Positions 50,733 through 60,711 of a stretch of 64,000 nt of DNA are shown here, piece by piece. The position numbers and the translations under genes were made by a program. How positions within the stretch are numbered: the stretch's first letter is position 1; every line of letters starts with the position of its first letter. The notes under the pieces were generated by a model. It saw only the letters and a program-made list of their open reading frames with translations. It was not told the origin of the DNA and did not search any database. Source of the stretch: Bdellovibrionales bacterium. Its GTDB lineage: Bacteria > Bdellovibrionota > Bdellovibrionia > Bdellovibrionales > JAUICD01. The DNA lies in assembly GCA_965197425.1 (NCBI GenBank), contig CBDANC010000014.1:64001-128000 (forward strand), given 5' to 3'.

Positions 50733-51191
50733 TTAAATATTCTCCAACATTTTAGCATCTATTAAGTCTTGTTCTCTTGTGCTTTGTTTTTTCATCTCAA
50801 TCAAATGTTTTTTAGATAACACATTAATTTTTGTATCATTAACTAATATTTGTGTAATCATATTTTTATTAAAAGCATAATTAATAACAATATCAACTAC
50901 TTCTAGTGGATTTTTAACATTAACAAAATTCCAAGCTAGCATATTTTTTTCTTTTATATAGTATTCTCTTTTCTCAAATAATTTTCGCGGTGATATTGAC
51001 TGGATTGGTGTTAGACCTATTTCCTCTAGTGCCTGTTTTGTTAATTCTAAATATTTTAGATCCCATTCAAGCACTAAATCCAAATCCACAGTACCCCTAA
51101 CAACACCGTGCAAAGCCACAGCATGTCCCCCAACAATTGCATATTGTATTTTATACTTACACAATTGATCAACTACTCGTTTAATGAACAT
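50733..51191 (-). CDS. Small nucleotidyltransferase-fold protein
   Basis: YAIVGGHAVALHG..RGTVDLD and C-terminal K...REQD..D. Confidence 0.82.
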   Translation of the reverse strand: MFIKRVVDQLCKYKIQYAIVGGHAVALHGVVRGTVDLDLVLEWDLKYLELTKQALEEIGLTPIQSISPRKLFEKREYYIKEKNMLAWNFVNVKNPLEVVDIVINYAFNKNMITQILVNDTKINVLSKKHLIEMKKQSTREQDLIDAKMLENI

Positions 51192-51281
51192 ATACAGAAA
51201 TATAATATAATATGTAAAGTGTATCAAGCATAGAGATGTAGTTTGCTAAACTTCATAGATATAAAATCTAACATGGAGACA

Positions 51282-52754
51282 TTACTTTAGATCAACATAA
51301 TACAACGGTGAAAAATCACCATTTAAAGGAGGTTCGTAGTTTAAAACCCTTTTATTTACAATAGCTACATCTGTATTGTACCACAATGGAATAACAGGTA
51401 GCTCATCATATACAATTTTTTGAACTTCTAAATAATATGCTATTCTAGCATCTAAATTTTCAATTTTTCTGCCACTATCAAGCAGATCATCCAACTTTTT
51501 GTTGGAGTAAAATCCTCTATTTCTTCCTATAGGAGGAAGTTCTTTAGAATGAAACGCTACTCTGTAAATATCAGGATCACTAGCCCCTACCCACCTCATA
51601 ATAGCAGCCTGAAAGTTGGCAGATTTAATGTCACCATAAAAAGTACCCCATTCAAAACTCTGAACCTCTGTGCTGAATCCTGCCTTATTTAGTTGATTAG
51701 ATATAACTTTACCATTTTCTACAGCACTAGAGTTGCTCGAAGTCTTTATGATTATCTCTTTTGTAAGATCACCTATCATACTTTTTGCCCTGGCTAAGTC
51801 ATAACCTATAACTTGTAATTTAGAATTAAAAAATGGATTTCCAGGAGTTAATATAGAGGTGGCAGGTACTCCCAACCCAGATAACTTATATTTTATAATA
51901 GAATTTATATCTAGAGCATAGGCCAACACCTGCCTCATTTCCTTTGTAAAAATGGGGTCTTTTAAATTTAACAGTAGGTAATTCATTTTTAATCCAGGAT
52001 ATTTATGAATATAAAAATCTTCACTATCTAAAAACTTTTCCACTTTATTAGCAGGCATATCAGACTGAACAATATCTATTTCTCCTTTTAAAGTTTTTAA
52101 AAAAAGAGTACTCTCATCTCTTATCACTTTAAAAGAAATACTATCTATTTTTGGCTTAACAATATTATGATCTTTCCTTGCTTTTAAAATTATCTCATTA
52201 GGAGTTTTTTTCTCAAAAATAAAACTACCTGTACCTATTAAATTGTCTGAAGTTTTACCTGATAATTTTTTAGATAAAATTTTAACAACACTTAAATCTT
52301 CTAATAAAGTTGCACTAAACTCTGAAAGCTCTAAAACAACTTTGGGATTTTCTATATCAGAGAAATCTGCTTTTATATTTTTTATTACACTTAATGATTT
52401 TTTAAATGGCACATCATCTCTTCTATATTGCTCAAAAGTGAACAAAATATCTTCCTCTGTAACCATGTCTCCATTTGAAAATTTAAGACCAGGATAGAGA
52501 TCAAAAGTATAAGTTAGGTTCTTATATTGCCATGCTTTAGCCGCATCTTCTTGAATTTTTAACTTAGGCCCCAACCTAACAAGTGAATTAAAAATAAGAT
52601 TAATAATTCTCTGTCCATTTGCATCTGTAGCATATCTTGGGTCTAAAGTTTTTGCCTCAGATGTTAGTGCAAATACAATTCTCTTTTCAATTATCTTATC
52701 TTTCTTAGTACAAGCAACGATAAATATCAAAACAAACAATATTCTTAACATCAC
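51282..52754 (-). CDS. ABC peptide-binding lipoprotein (SBP family 5)
   Basis: Lipobox IVAC; LDP, LIFNSLV, GTGSF, ELPVIPLWY. Confidence 0.9.
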   Translation of the reverse strand: MMLRILFVLIFIVACTKKDKIIEKRIVFALTSEAKTLDPRYATDANGQRIINLIFNSLVRLGPKLKIQEDAAKAWQYKNLTYTFDLYPGLKFSNGDMVTEEDILFTFEQYRRDDVPFKKSLSVIKNIKADFSDIENPKVVLELSEFSATLLEDLSVVKILSKKLSGKTSDNLIGTGSFIFEKKTPNEIILKARKDHNIVKPKIDSISFKVIRDESTLFLKTLKGEIDIVQSDMPANKVEKFLDSEDFYIHKYPGLKMNYLLLNLKDPIFTKEMRQVLAYALDINSIIKYKLSGLGVPATSILTPGNPFFNSKLQVIGYDLARAKSMIGDLTKEIIIKTSSNSSAVENGKVISNQLNKAGFSTEVQSFEWGTFYGDIKSANFQAAIMRWVGASDPDIYRVAFHSKELPPIGRNRGFYSNKKLDDLLDSGRKIENLDARIAYYLEVQKIVYDELPVIPLWYNTDVAIVNKRVLNYEPPLNGDFSPLYYVDLK

Positions 52755-54094
52755 AGCACACCAACTAATTTATCCATAAAAGAGAGTGCATACTTATTCC
52801 CATTGTAAATTATAACAAATACCAAGTCTGATTTACCCACATAACCTGCTATACCGTATACATTGTTCAACTGCCCTGTCTTTGCTCTTATATTTTGAGA
52901 CATTTTTCTGTTTTTTAAAGTTCCATCAAGACCACCTATAGGCAGTGCTGACATAAATTCATAATTATATTTTAAACTCTTATAGGCAAGTAAAAGTCTT
53001 GCAAGTGACATAGGCTTAAAACTATTTTTATGAGATAAACCTGACACACTTTTTATAATAAAATCATTTGCGTTTAAGTTTTTGAAATTTTTGTTTATAT
53101 GCGATTCTATAGCTCTAATACCTTGGCCTATGTTCCCTCTTTTTGCTCCTATTTTTAACGACAAATGTTTTACTAACATCTCAGAAATAAAATTATTGGA
53201 AAACTTCATCATCATTTTTACTAGTTCACCAACGGTAGCACTAGGAGAGGTTGCAACAAGAGTTGCTGTTTTAGTAACTTTTCCCCTTTTTACTTCTCCA
53301 TCAATACTAATATCCCTTTGGGCTAAAAAAAGTTTTAGGTTTTGACCACCCCAAAGATTATCTGTAATTGGTGCATAATAGGCCTTTTCTTTGCTTTTAA
53401 TACCTACATTACCACTGACAGTGACCCGGCCTTTAGAAAATGAAGCACTTACTCTGGATGCTTTCTTTGAGGTTTTGGTTTTATTATTTACTTTTAAATG
53501 TGCACTGTGTGGATCAATAGATATTAACGCTTGCTTACCTAATTCTGATGGCTTTACAAAAACATTTAGTGAGTTCCAATTAAATGACAATCCAAAAGTC
53601 AGAGAATCATATGCCCTACTAACTCTTGGTGTACTTCTACCTGGATCTACATACTTTTCGTTAAATATGTAGTCATCTACAATTATATCACCTTCTACTT
53701 TCTTTATCCCTTGCCTTGTAAACTCATTAACTAAATACCACATTCTTTCTGAGGTAAAAGAAGGATCTCCATCACCTTTAATATACAAATTTCCGCTAAG
53801 AACTCCATCTATAGGTTTTTTATCTATAAAAAGATTGGTATTAAAAGTGTAATTGGGAGAGAAGTAATCCAGTATGGCTCCTGCAACAGGTATCTTTGTT
53901 AATGAGGCTGGTATTTTAAATTGATCTCCGTTTAGATTGTATAGAGTTTTTCCTTCGTTATCTAGAACTACAATACCAATGTGTCTTTTTTTAATGGAAT
54001 GTTGTTTTAAAATATTATCTATGGGTTTTTCTAAATCTTGAGCTGCTAAAGCAAAGCTTTGGTTAAATAAAATTAAAAAAGCAACAAATTTCAT
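52751..54094 (-). CDS. dacB: D-alanyl-D-alanine carboxypeptidase/endopeptidase PBP4 (S13)
   Basis: PASLTK (SxxK), GDGDP, SNN (SxN), AKTG. Confidence 0.92.
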   Translation of the reverse strand: MKFVAFLILFNQSFALAAQDLEKPIDNILKQHSIKKRHIGIVVLDNEGKTLYNLNGDQFKIPASLTKIPVAGAILDYFSPNYTFNTNLFIDKKPIDGVLSGNLYIKGDGDPSFTSERMWYLVNEFTRQGIKKVEGDIIVDDYIFNEKYVDPGRSTPRVSRAYDSLTFGLSFNWNSLNVFVKPSELGKQALISIDPHSAHLKVNNKTKTSKKASRVSASFSKGRVTVSGNVGIKSKEKAYYAPITDNLWGGQNLKLFLAQRDISIDGEVKRGKVTKTATLVATSPSATVGELVKMMMKFSNNFISEMLVKHLSLKIGAKRGNIGQGIRAIESHINKNFKNLNANDFIIKSVSGLSHKNSFKPMSLARLLLAYKSLKYNYEFMSALPIGGLDGTLKNRKMSQNIRAKTGQLNNVYGIAGYVGKSDLVFVIIYNGNKYALSFMDKLVGVL

Positions 54095-54639
54095 TTTAAC
54101 TGATCCGAAACCGCAATGTATGGCAAGTTTCTGAAATAACCTTGATAATCCATTCCATACCCCACAACAAATGAGTTTTCTATATTAAAACCTACGAAAT
54201 CTATTTCTAGTTTTTCTGTATGACATTCTGGCTTAGATAATAAAATCACAGAACAAAGTGATTTAGGCCCCCTTACTTTCACAAGTCTTTGGAGGTAGCT
54301 TAGGGTTTTACCTTTATCGACTACTTCATCTACAAGTATAACATGTTCATCTTTAATTTTGGTTGTCATATCTGCATCTAACACAATATCTCCTTTAGCA
54401 GTAGTTCCACCGAAATACGAAGATGCTTTTACGAAATCACATTTTATATCTATATCCATTGCTCTTATTAGATCTGTGTAAAAAAATATAGCTCCCTTCA
54501 AAGTGCATATTACTAAAGGTGTCTTGCCTTTGAATTTATTAGAAAGTTTACCTGCCATCTCACACACCTTACTTTGTATTTTATCAGCCGAAATTATAGG
54601 TTTCAAAGTAGGTTCTATGTCTTTAATATTGTTCATCAC
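54091..54639 (-). CDS. hpt: Hypoxanthine phosphoribosyltransferase
   Basis: LKGA, SSY.G, VILVDEVVDKGKTL, FVVGYGMDY...RNLP. Confidence 0.92.
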   Translation of the reverse strand: MMNNIKDIEPTLKPIISADKIQSKVCEMAGKLSNKFKGKTPLVICTLKGAIFFYTDLIRAMDIDIKCDFVKASSYFGGTTAKGDIVLDADMTTKIKDEHVILVDEVVDKGKTLSYLQRLVKVRGPKSLCSVILLSKPECHTEKLEIDFVGFNIENSFVVGYGMDYQGYFRNLPYIAVSDQLK

Positions 54640-54684
54640 CTTTCCTAAGTTGTTTGATGGTAATTAAAAAGATTAGTTTTAATT

Positions 54685-55803
54685 TTATAGAGGTTCGTAT
54701 TCCACAAATATTACAAAGTCTCTGCTATTTGTCAAAAACTCTCCTTGATTGATAAACCTAGCAATTAGGTTGGGCATTAGATTTAATTCAACCATTGAAA
54801 GTTCTCTTCTAGGTATAATATTAGATATAAAAAGAGCATCTCCTCTGTTAATACTTTGCATACTTGAGATGATATTCTGTCTACTTGTGTTCAAAGAGAT
54901 GACTGGTATTACAGTTTCTTGAGGCGAATTTTCTAATTCTAAATTTGTAGGTTGAATATCGGCAACATCGCTTGCAAGCTCAGTTCCATTGACTGTTGGT
55001 AATCCATCGACTTCTTCTGCTCCTAATTCTTCAGGAATTGCTACTTCGTTAGAAGGTGGAGACTGAGCGGGAGCACTTTGTATGGCCTCTACTGAAACAA
55101 AAGTTGCTCTACCTTGCAGAGTCACAGACTCCGGTGAAATACTATCTACTTCTAATCCAAAGTTTAAACCCGCACTCTCATCAGATTCAGGAAGTACCCT
55201 AGATATGTTGAATATTTTGGCCACTCTTGTAGGGCTAACAGGAACAGACCAGGTATCGAGATTAATGATATTTATTGTATCTGTAATACCAGGATCACTT
55301 GAGGTAAGGTAATTAGCCAGGTTTGAAACTATGCCACTATCGGAATCAAGCATATTAGCGTTTTGTAATACAGGGCTTGTACTGGCCAACAACACATAAT
55401 AAATGTTTAGATCACCAGACTCAAACGATGGTACCACAACTTCAGCAACCTTCTTGGCTGCTGCTAGCTCTGTAACAGTAGGGCTTGTATTAGAACTATC
55501 AAAAGCTGGACTGATAGGTAGTGCTACTTCACCTAAGTTGTTGTAGGTCTTAGAACCTGAGAGTTCCATGGCTTTCTGCTCTGAAACATGTTCTTTCACC
55601 GCAGAATAAATGTAAAATGAACTAATAGCCACAGTAACAACCAACAAAATCATATAGGTAACAGGCCCACGTAAAATAGAAGACAAAGATCTTTTAGGAA
55701 CATAAGATTTCATGTCAATGCCACAGCTGGCACAGTAACCATCGTCAGGCTGACTAAAGCCACAGTTCGGGCAAGTGATCATAATTAGTGAATTATATAT
55801 CAA
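54685..55803 (-). CDS. Zinc-ribbon membrane protein, hypothetical
   Basis: CPNCG...CASCG N-terminus, one TM helix, acidic Ser/Pro-rich remainder. Confidence 0.75.
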   Translation of the reverse strand: MIYNSLIMITCPNCGFSQPDDGYCASCGIDMKSYVPKRSLSSILRGPVTYMILLVVTVAISSFYIYSAVKEHVSEQKAMELSGSKTYNNLGEVALPISPAFDSSNTSPTVTELAAAKKVAEVVVPSFESGDLNIYYVLLASTSPVLQNANMLDSDSGIVSNLANYLTSSDPGITDTINIINLDTWSVPVSPTRVAKIFNISRVLPESDESAGLNFGLEVDSISPESVTLQGRATFVSVEAIQSAPAQSPPSNEVAIPEELGAEEVDGLPTVNGTELASDVADIQPTNLELENSPQETVIPVISLNTSRQNIISSMQSINRGDALFISNIIPRRELSMVELNLMPNLIARFINQGEFLTNSRDFVIFVEYEPL

Positions 55804-55855
55804 TTATGCTACATTTTTTAACACTTTATTTGACGCATACAGTTTAGTTTAATAG

Positions 55856-56740
55856 TTGTTAGAGATGCTACACAAACCAGTCTTATTAAGAGAAATAATA
55901 TCAAGTCTAAATGAAATGAATAAACCTTTAAGTATTTTAGATGCCACTTTCGGAAGAGGAGGTCACTCTAAATCCATATTTGATACATTAGAGAATGTGA
56001 ATGTAACCGCAATTGACAGAGACTTGGAATCTGTTTTGTTTGCCAAAAATAATTTTGAATATATGAACCCTGATAACTTTAGCATTCATCACATGAACTT
56101 TTGTGATGCTTATACCTTAAAAAAATACTTTGATGCAGTTATTGTAGATTTAGGTATGAGCTCCACACAACTTGATAAAGCAGATAGAGGTTTTAGTTTT
56201 AGATTAAATGGTCCTCTTGATATGAGAATGGATCAATCTCAAAAACTAACAGCATCATACCTGGTGAACAATCTAAGTTACAAACAACTCTGTGAGCTCT
56301 TTAAAGAATATGGAGAGGTAAGAAGTCCACAAAAAGTAGTGAATGCAATAATACATCATAGAAAAAAGAAAAAAATAGAAACCACTTTAGAGCTTGCGGA
56401 TATTATATCTTCTCATACATCTTGGAAAAGATCAGGTCATCATCCTGCCACCAATTTTTTTATGGCATTAAGGATACGGGTCAATAGTGAGCTAGATAGT
56501 TTGTCAGATTCCATAGAGTCTTTTATAGATATGCTAAACCCTGGCGGACGTCTTATGGTTATATCTTTTCACTCTCTAGAAGATAGAATTATTAAATTTA
56601 TTTTTAAAGATCATAATATGGGCAAAAGAATTAACAAAAAAGTAATAAAACCAGATAACAATGAGATAAAAGATAACCCAAGGTCCAGAAGTGCAAAACT
56701 GAGGATTTTTGAAAAGTGCCTTACAGGCACAAGTATTTAA
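55856..56740 (+). CDS. rsmH: 16S rRNA m4C1402 methyltransferase
   Basis: HKPVLL, DATFGRGGHS, GPLDMRMD, FHSLEDR, NPRSRSAKLR. Confidence 0.96.
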   Translation: MLEMLHKPVLLREIISSLNEMNKPLSILDATFGRGGHSKSIFDTLENVNVTAIDRDLESVLFAKNNFEYMNPDNFSIHHMNFCDAYTLKKYFDAVIVDLGMSSTQLDKADRGFSFRLNGPLDMRMDQSQKLTASYLVNNLSYKQLCELFKEYGEVRSPQKVVNAIIHHRKKKKIETTLELADIISSHTSWKRSGHHPATNFFMALRIRVNSELDSLSDSIESFIDMLNPGGRLMVISFHSLEDRIIKFIFKDHNMGKRINKKVIKPDNNEIKDNPRSRSAKLRIFEKCLTGTSI

Positions 56741-56940
56741 ATTGCAGTGTACAAAGCATAAAGTCAGTACTCCTACCGTAAATGCCTCAGCCTGCAAGAC
56801 GACACCTGATTGCCCACTAACTTACACATGTAGTCCTTTAGTAACGGGATCAGCATCAGTGTCCAGTACTGGGCAACAATGAGCCTAAAATAAGTGAACA
56901 AGTCCACTTGTTTTTAGCCTCATTAGGAAGACCTTTATAC
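56715..56940. repeat. Longest (composite) copy of the dispersed hairpin repeat
   Basis: 56715-56811 resembles 7007-7115; 56843-56935 resembles the flanks of 17842-18051; terminus resembles 60566-60646 and inverted 22561-22591. Confidence 0.8.
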
Positions 56941-56976
56941 TTGAAAACTAGACCATTAAAAATGTACTCTATAATT

Positions 56977-57261
56977 ATGGTTGTTGTAAGACCCTTAATA
57001 AGTTTTGTAATTATAATAGTAAGCCTTCTTACGGTTGTATTTTTTAGAATGGAAGTAAGAAGACTTGGCTATGAAGTATTCAAACTCACTCAAGTTGAAA
57101 AGCAAGAGTTAGATAAATATAGAAAGAAACAAATATATTTTTCTAGATTAACTAGATCAGATAGAATAGAGGAGCTTGCGAATAAAAGACTTGGCTTAAG
57201 TCATGCTAAACCAGGTCAAGTTGTTCAATTAGTAGCAGGCAGTGCTGCTATTGAGAGATAA
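56977..57261 (+). CDS. ftsL: FtsL-like cell division protein
   Basis: One TM plus coiled coil, RIEELANKRLGL; lies between rsmH and ftsI. Confidence 0.75.
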   Translation: MVVVRPLISFVIIIVSLLTVVFFRMEVRRLGYEVFKLTQVEKQELDKYRKKQIYFSRLTRSDRIEELANKRLGLSHAKPGQVVQLVAGSAAIER

Positions 57262-57267
57262 TATCAA

Positions 57268-59169
57268 ATGTCCAGACTTACTGTTTTAGTCCTACTTTTT
57301 GTGTTTGTTTGGCTAGGTCTTTTTGCTAGATTGGCATATGTACAAATACTACCTAACAAAAAGCTCGAAAATTTAAAACACAAACAATATGAATCAAACA
57401 TTACTTTAAACGCTGTAAGAGGTAATATTTTAGATAGAAATGGTATAGAACTAGCTAGTTCTGTATCTGTTTATTCATTATTTGCAGATCCACATATAAT
57501 TAAAAATCCAAAAACACTTAGCAAAAAAATTTCCAAAAAACTAAAACTTCCTTATAGAAAAATTTTAAGACAATTAAAAAACAAAGATTCAAGATTTGTT
57601 TGGATAAAGAGAAAGTTAGATTCCTCTATAAGGAATGAAATAAAATCATGGAGAGAGCATGGACTGGGATTTATTGAAGAGTCACAGAGAATTTATCCAA
57701 AGGGAAGTGTTTTAAGTCAGGTACTTGGTTTTGTGGGGAATGATGGGAAAGGTTTAGAGGGATTGGAAGGTTATTATGATGAACTACTTTCCGGAAAGAG
57801 TTATAAAACTGCCATTCTAAGAGATGCTAAAAGAAGACCGCTTTTGGGAGAAAAGAGTTTTTTCTTTGAACGGCCAGAAGGTAAAACTATACAGCTTACT
57901 GTTGATCAAACTTTACAGTATAAGCTTGCCCAAGAATTAGATAGCACTGTTAGAAAGTTTGATGCAGATTCTGCTGTAGGTGTTATTTTAGATGTTAAGA
58001 CATCGGAAGTTTTAGCAATGGGAAACTATCCTTTTTTTGACGCAAATTTAGCATTAAAAACTCCAGGCAATTTAAGGCGTAACAAAGCTGTTACAGATGC
58101 ATTCGAACCAGGCAGTACATTCAAACCATTTACAATAGCTGCAGCATTAGAAGAAAAGTTGGTATTTCCTACAGAAAAATTCGACTGTCACGAAGGAAAA
58201 ATGGAAGTAGACGGACATACAATATCAGAAGCAGAAGGACGTGAGTTTGGTAATCTTACTGTAATAGATATTTTAGCAAAATCATCCAATGTATGTGTAA
58301 GCAAAATTGCTCTTAAGATGAAAGATCAAGTTTTTAGAGAGTACATAGATCTATTTGGTTTTGGTCACAAAACAAATGTGGATTTTTGGGGGGAGAGTTA
58401 TGGCATTTTACCTAAAACTCCTTGGAAAAAGGTAAAATCTAGTACAGTTGCGTTTGGACATGGGATAAGCGTTACTCCAATTCAAATAGCAAATGCATAT
58501 GCAATGTTAGCTAATGGAGGTGTTCTCAACAAACCCTACATACTACGTCATGTATTGGACTCAAATGGCAACATTGTACAAGACAACACTAAAAGTACCA
58601 TATCTAAGCGGGTGTTAAGCAAGAAAACTGCAAAACAGTTAAAACTAATGTTGATGGCAGCCACAAGCAATGAAGGCACAGGTAGCAAGGCTAAAGTTAT
58701 TGGATATCATGTTGCAGGTAAGACTGGAACAGCACAAAAGGTATCTGGGAAAGGCTATTCTAAAGACGAACATATATCCAGCTTTGCAGGTTTTGTGCCT
58801 GCTAATAACCCAAAGTTTGTGATATACATTGCTATCGATAATCCTAAAATAAAATACTTTGGATCAGAAGTGGCTGCGCCTGTTTTTTCTAAATTAGCCT
58901 ACCATGCCTTGTTACATAATGGGATAGAACCAGCTATAATTTTAGAAGAGCAGTTATATGAACCAGAAGAAGTTTCTAGAAAAATAGCATCCAAACCAAC
59001 TGATAAGTTACCCAAGCTAGAAGGCCTTTCGCTAAAAGAGGTTATGTATTTGTTAAAAGATATGGATATAAAAACTACGGTTGTTGGAACCGGTACTGTA
59101 GTGAGCATGAAGCCAAAAGCAAACACTCCACTTTCTGAAATCAAAAATTTATACTTATTTTTAGAATAA
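57268..59169 (+). CDS. ftsI: Class B penicillin-binding protein with C-terminal PASTA-like domain
   Basis: RGNILDRNG, EPGSTFK, SSN, GKTGT. Confidence 0.92.
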   Translation: MSRLTVLVLLFVFVWLGLFARLAYVQILPNKKLENLKHKQYESNITLNAVRGNILDRNGIELASSVSVYSLFADPHIIKNPKTLSKKISKKLKLPYRKILRQLKNKDSRFVWIKRKLDSSIRNEIKSWREHGLGFIEESQRIYPKGSVLSQVLGFVGNDGKGLEGLEGYYDELLSGKSYKTAILRDAKRRPLLGEKSFFFERPEGKTIQLTVDQTLQYKLAQELDSTVRKFDADSAVGVILDVKTSEVLAMGNYPFFDANLALKTPGNLRRNKAVTDAFEPGSTFKPFTIAAALEEKLVFPTEKFDCHEGKMEVDGHTISEAEGREFGNLTVIDILAKSSNVCVSKIALKMKDQVFREYIDLFGFGHKTNVDFWGESYGILPKTPWKKVKSSTVAFGHGISVTPIQIANAYAMLANGGVLNKPYILRHVLDSNGNIVQDNTKSTISKRVLSKKTAKQLKLMLMAATSNEGTGSKAKVIGYHVAGKTGTAQKVSGKGYSKDEHISSFAGFVPANNPKFVIYIAIDNPKIKYFGSEVAAPVFSKLAYHALLHNGIEPAIILEEQLYEPEEVSRKIASKPTDKLPKLEGLSLKEVMYLLKDMDIKTTVVGTGTVVSMKPKANTPLSEIKNLYLFLE

Positions 59170-59185
59170 AACCTTAGAGTTTACT

Positions 59186-59225
59186 AAAAAAACTAGAAAT
59201 GCTGGCATTTTTGAGCTAGTTTTTT
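59186..59225. terminator. Probable intrinsic terminator after ftsI
   Basis: AAAAAACTAG...AAATGC-TG-GCATTT...CTAGTTTTTT inverted repeat. Confidence 0.45.
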
Positions 59226-59246
59226 CATTAATCTATAGGAATTGCT

Positions 59247-60467
59247 ATGATATTTGTAATTTTAATTTTAATAAGTGTTTTGGTTTGGGGTTTTATATTT
59301 TTTAATAAAACAAACAACAAGCTAGAAAAAGAAAACAGAGAGCTTAGAGAAAAAAATGCCATATCAGAAACTCAAAGAACACATCTAGAAGAAAAAATAC
59401 AGGAAGATAAAAAACTTCAGGATAGTGTTAAGTCTGAGTTTAAAAACCTGGCTAACGAAATTTTTGAAGAAAAAACCCAAAGATTCAAAAAAACATCCAA
59501 AGAAAATATAGAAAATATACTAGGGCCTTTAAAAACCCAGATCGAAAAATTTGAAAAGGAAGTAGGAAATAAGTATGCCAATGAAGAAAAAGAAAGATAC
59601 TCTTTGAAAAAAGAGGTTAGAAATTTAGTCACCACAAGGGAAGCTCTGGCAGAAGAAACAAAAAAACTTACTAGTGCATTAAAGTCTGATATAAAAAAAC
59701 AGGGAGTTTGGGGAGAAATAAAATTAGAAAGAATTTTAGAACACTCTGGCCTAGAAGAGGGTAGGGAATACATTCTTCAGGGAAAGGGCATGGGTCTGAA
59801 AAGCAAAGAAGGTGCCCAACAACTGCCAGATGCCATCGTGAACCTTCCAGAAGAAAAGCATATAATAATAGATTCCAAAGTTAGCTTGAAATCATACTGG
59901 GATTTTATCAACGGAGAAGATAACAAAGAAGTACTAGAAAACCTTTTTTCTTCAGTCAGATCTCATATAGACGATCTAAGCAGGAAAGAATATCAGTCAA
60001 ATAGTAAGCTAACAGCACCTGAATTTGTAGTCCTATTTTTTCCATTAGAAGGGGCACTGAGTCTGATAATGGATATGAATGTCCCAAATCAAAACAAAAA
60101 TTTGTTAGAATATGCATGGGATAAATCTGTTGTTCTGGTGACTCCATCTAATCTAATGGCTACTCTTAAAACAATTGCATCCTTATGGAGACATGCAAAA
60201 TTAAAACAAACCTACCTTGAGATAGCAAAAGAAAGCGGAAACATGTATGACAAGTTTGTTGGTTTTTTAAAAGATCTGCTGAATATAGAGCATCATTTAA
60301 GTAAAGCTCAAGATTCATATGAAAGTGCTGAAAACAAACTTAAAACGGGCAGAGGCAACCTTATAAGCAAAGCCAAAAAAATAAAAGAACTCGGAGCAAC
60401 AACTACAAAATCTATTCCAGAAGAATTTTTAACAGATATAGAACATGTCTCATCAGATAAAGAGTAA
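59247..60467 (+). CDS. rmuC: DNA recombination protein RmuC
   Basis: QGVWGE..LE.IL, PDAIVNLP...IIIDSKVSL, L..GRGNL. Confidence 0.93.
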   Translation: MIFVILILISVLVWGFIFFNKTNNKLEKENRELREKNAISETQRTHLEEKIQEDKKLQDSVKSEFKNLANEIFEEKTQRFKKTSKENIENILGPLKTQIEKFEKEVGNKYANEEKERYSLKKEVRNLVTTREALAEETKKLTSALKSDIKKQGVWGEIKLERILEHSGLEEGREYILQGKGMGLKSKEGAQQLPDAIVNLPEEKHIIIDSKVSLKSYWDFINGEDNKEVLENLFSSVRSHIDDLSRKEYQSNSKLTAPEFVVLFFPLEGALSLIMDMNVPNQNKNLLEYAWDKSVVLVTPSNLMATLKTIASLWRHAKLKQTYLEIAKESGNMYDKFVGFLKDLLNIEHHLSKAQDSYESAENKLKTGRGNLISKAKKIKELGATTTKSIPEEFLTDIEHVSSDKE

Positions 60468-60565
60468 TCTATTTTATATTAAATAAGATCTTAAACCACT
60501 AGACTAGTTTATTATTCTGGACCAATCAATGTTATAGATCTCGTGTGTAAATTCCTTAGCTTTAA

Positions 60566-60646
60566 GTCCACCGGGAAACAACTACTCGGCAAAAAAAGTA
60601 GGTATAGCCTTCTTATTTTTTGCCCCGTTAGGCTCACCTTTATACT
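60566..60646. repeat. Copy of the dispersed repeat right module
   Basis: GTCCA...CAAC, hairpin GGCAAAAAA/TTTTTTGCC, then ACCTTTATACT shared with 56931-56941. Confidence 0.7.
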
Positions 60647-60663
60647 AGGTTATTTTTTTTAGT

Positions 60664-60691
60664 TAAAATGTTCATAAAAACTAGCCGAACA
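60664..60691 (+). promoter_or_regulatory. Sigma28 (FliA)-like promoter
   Basis: TAAA-N16-GCCGAACA upstream of lon. Confidence 0.5.
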
Positions 60692-60711
60692 AAAACTTAA
60701 GAGGCTTTGGT

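Noticed and set aside
60575..60635. Integron attC site (GCCTAAC...hairpin...GTT on the minus strand)
   Set aside because: The second box does not fit GTTRRRY, other copies lack the AAC/GTT pair, and there is no integron integrase or cassette array
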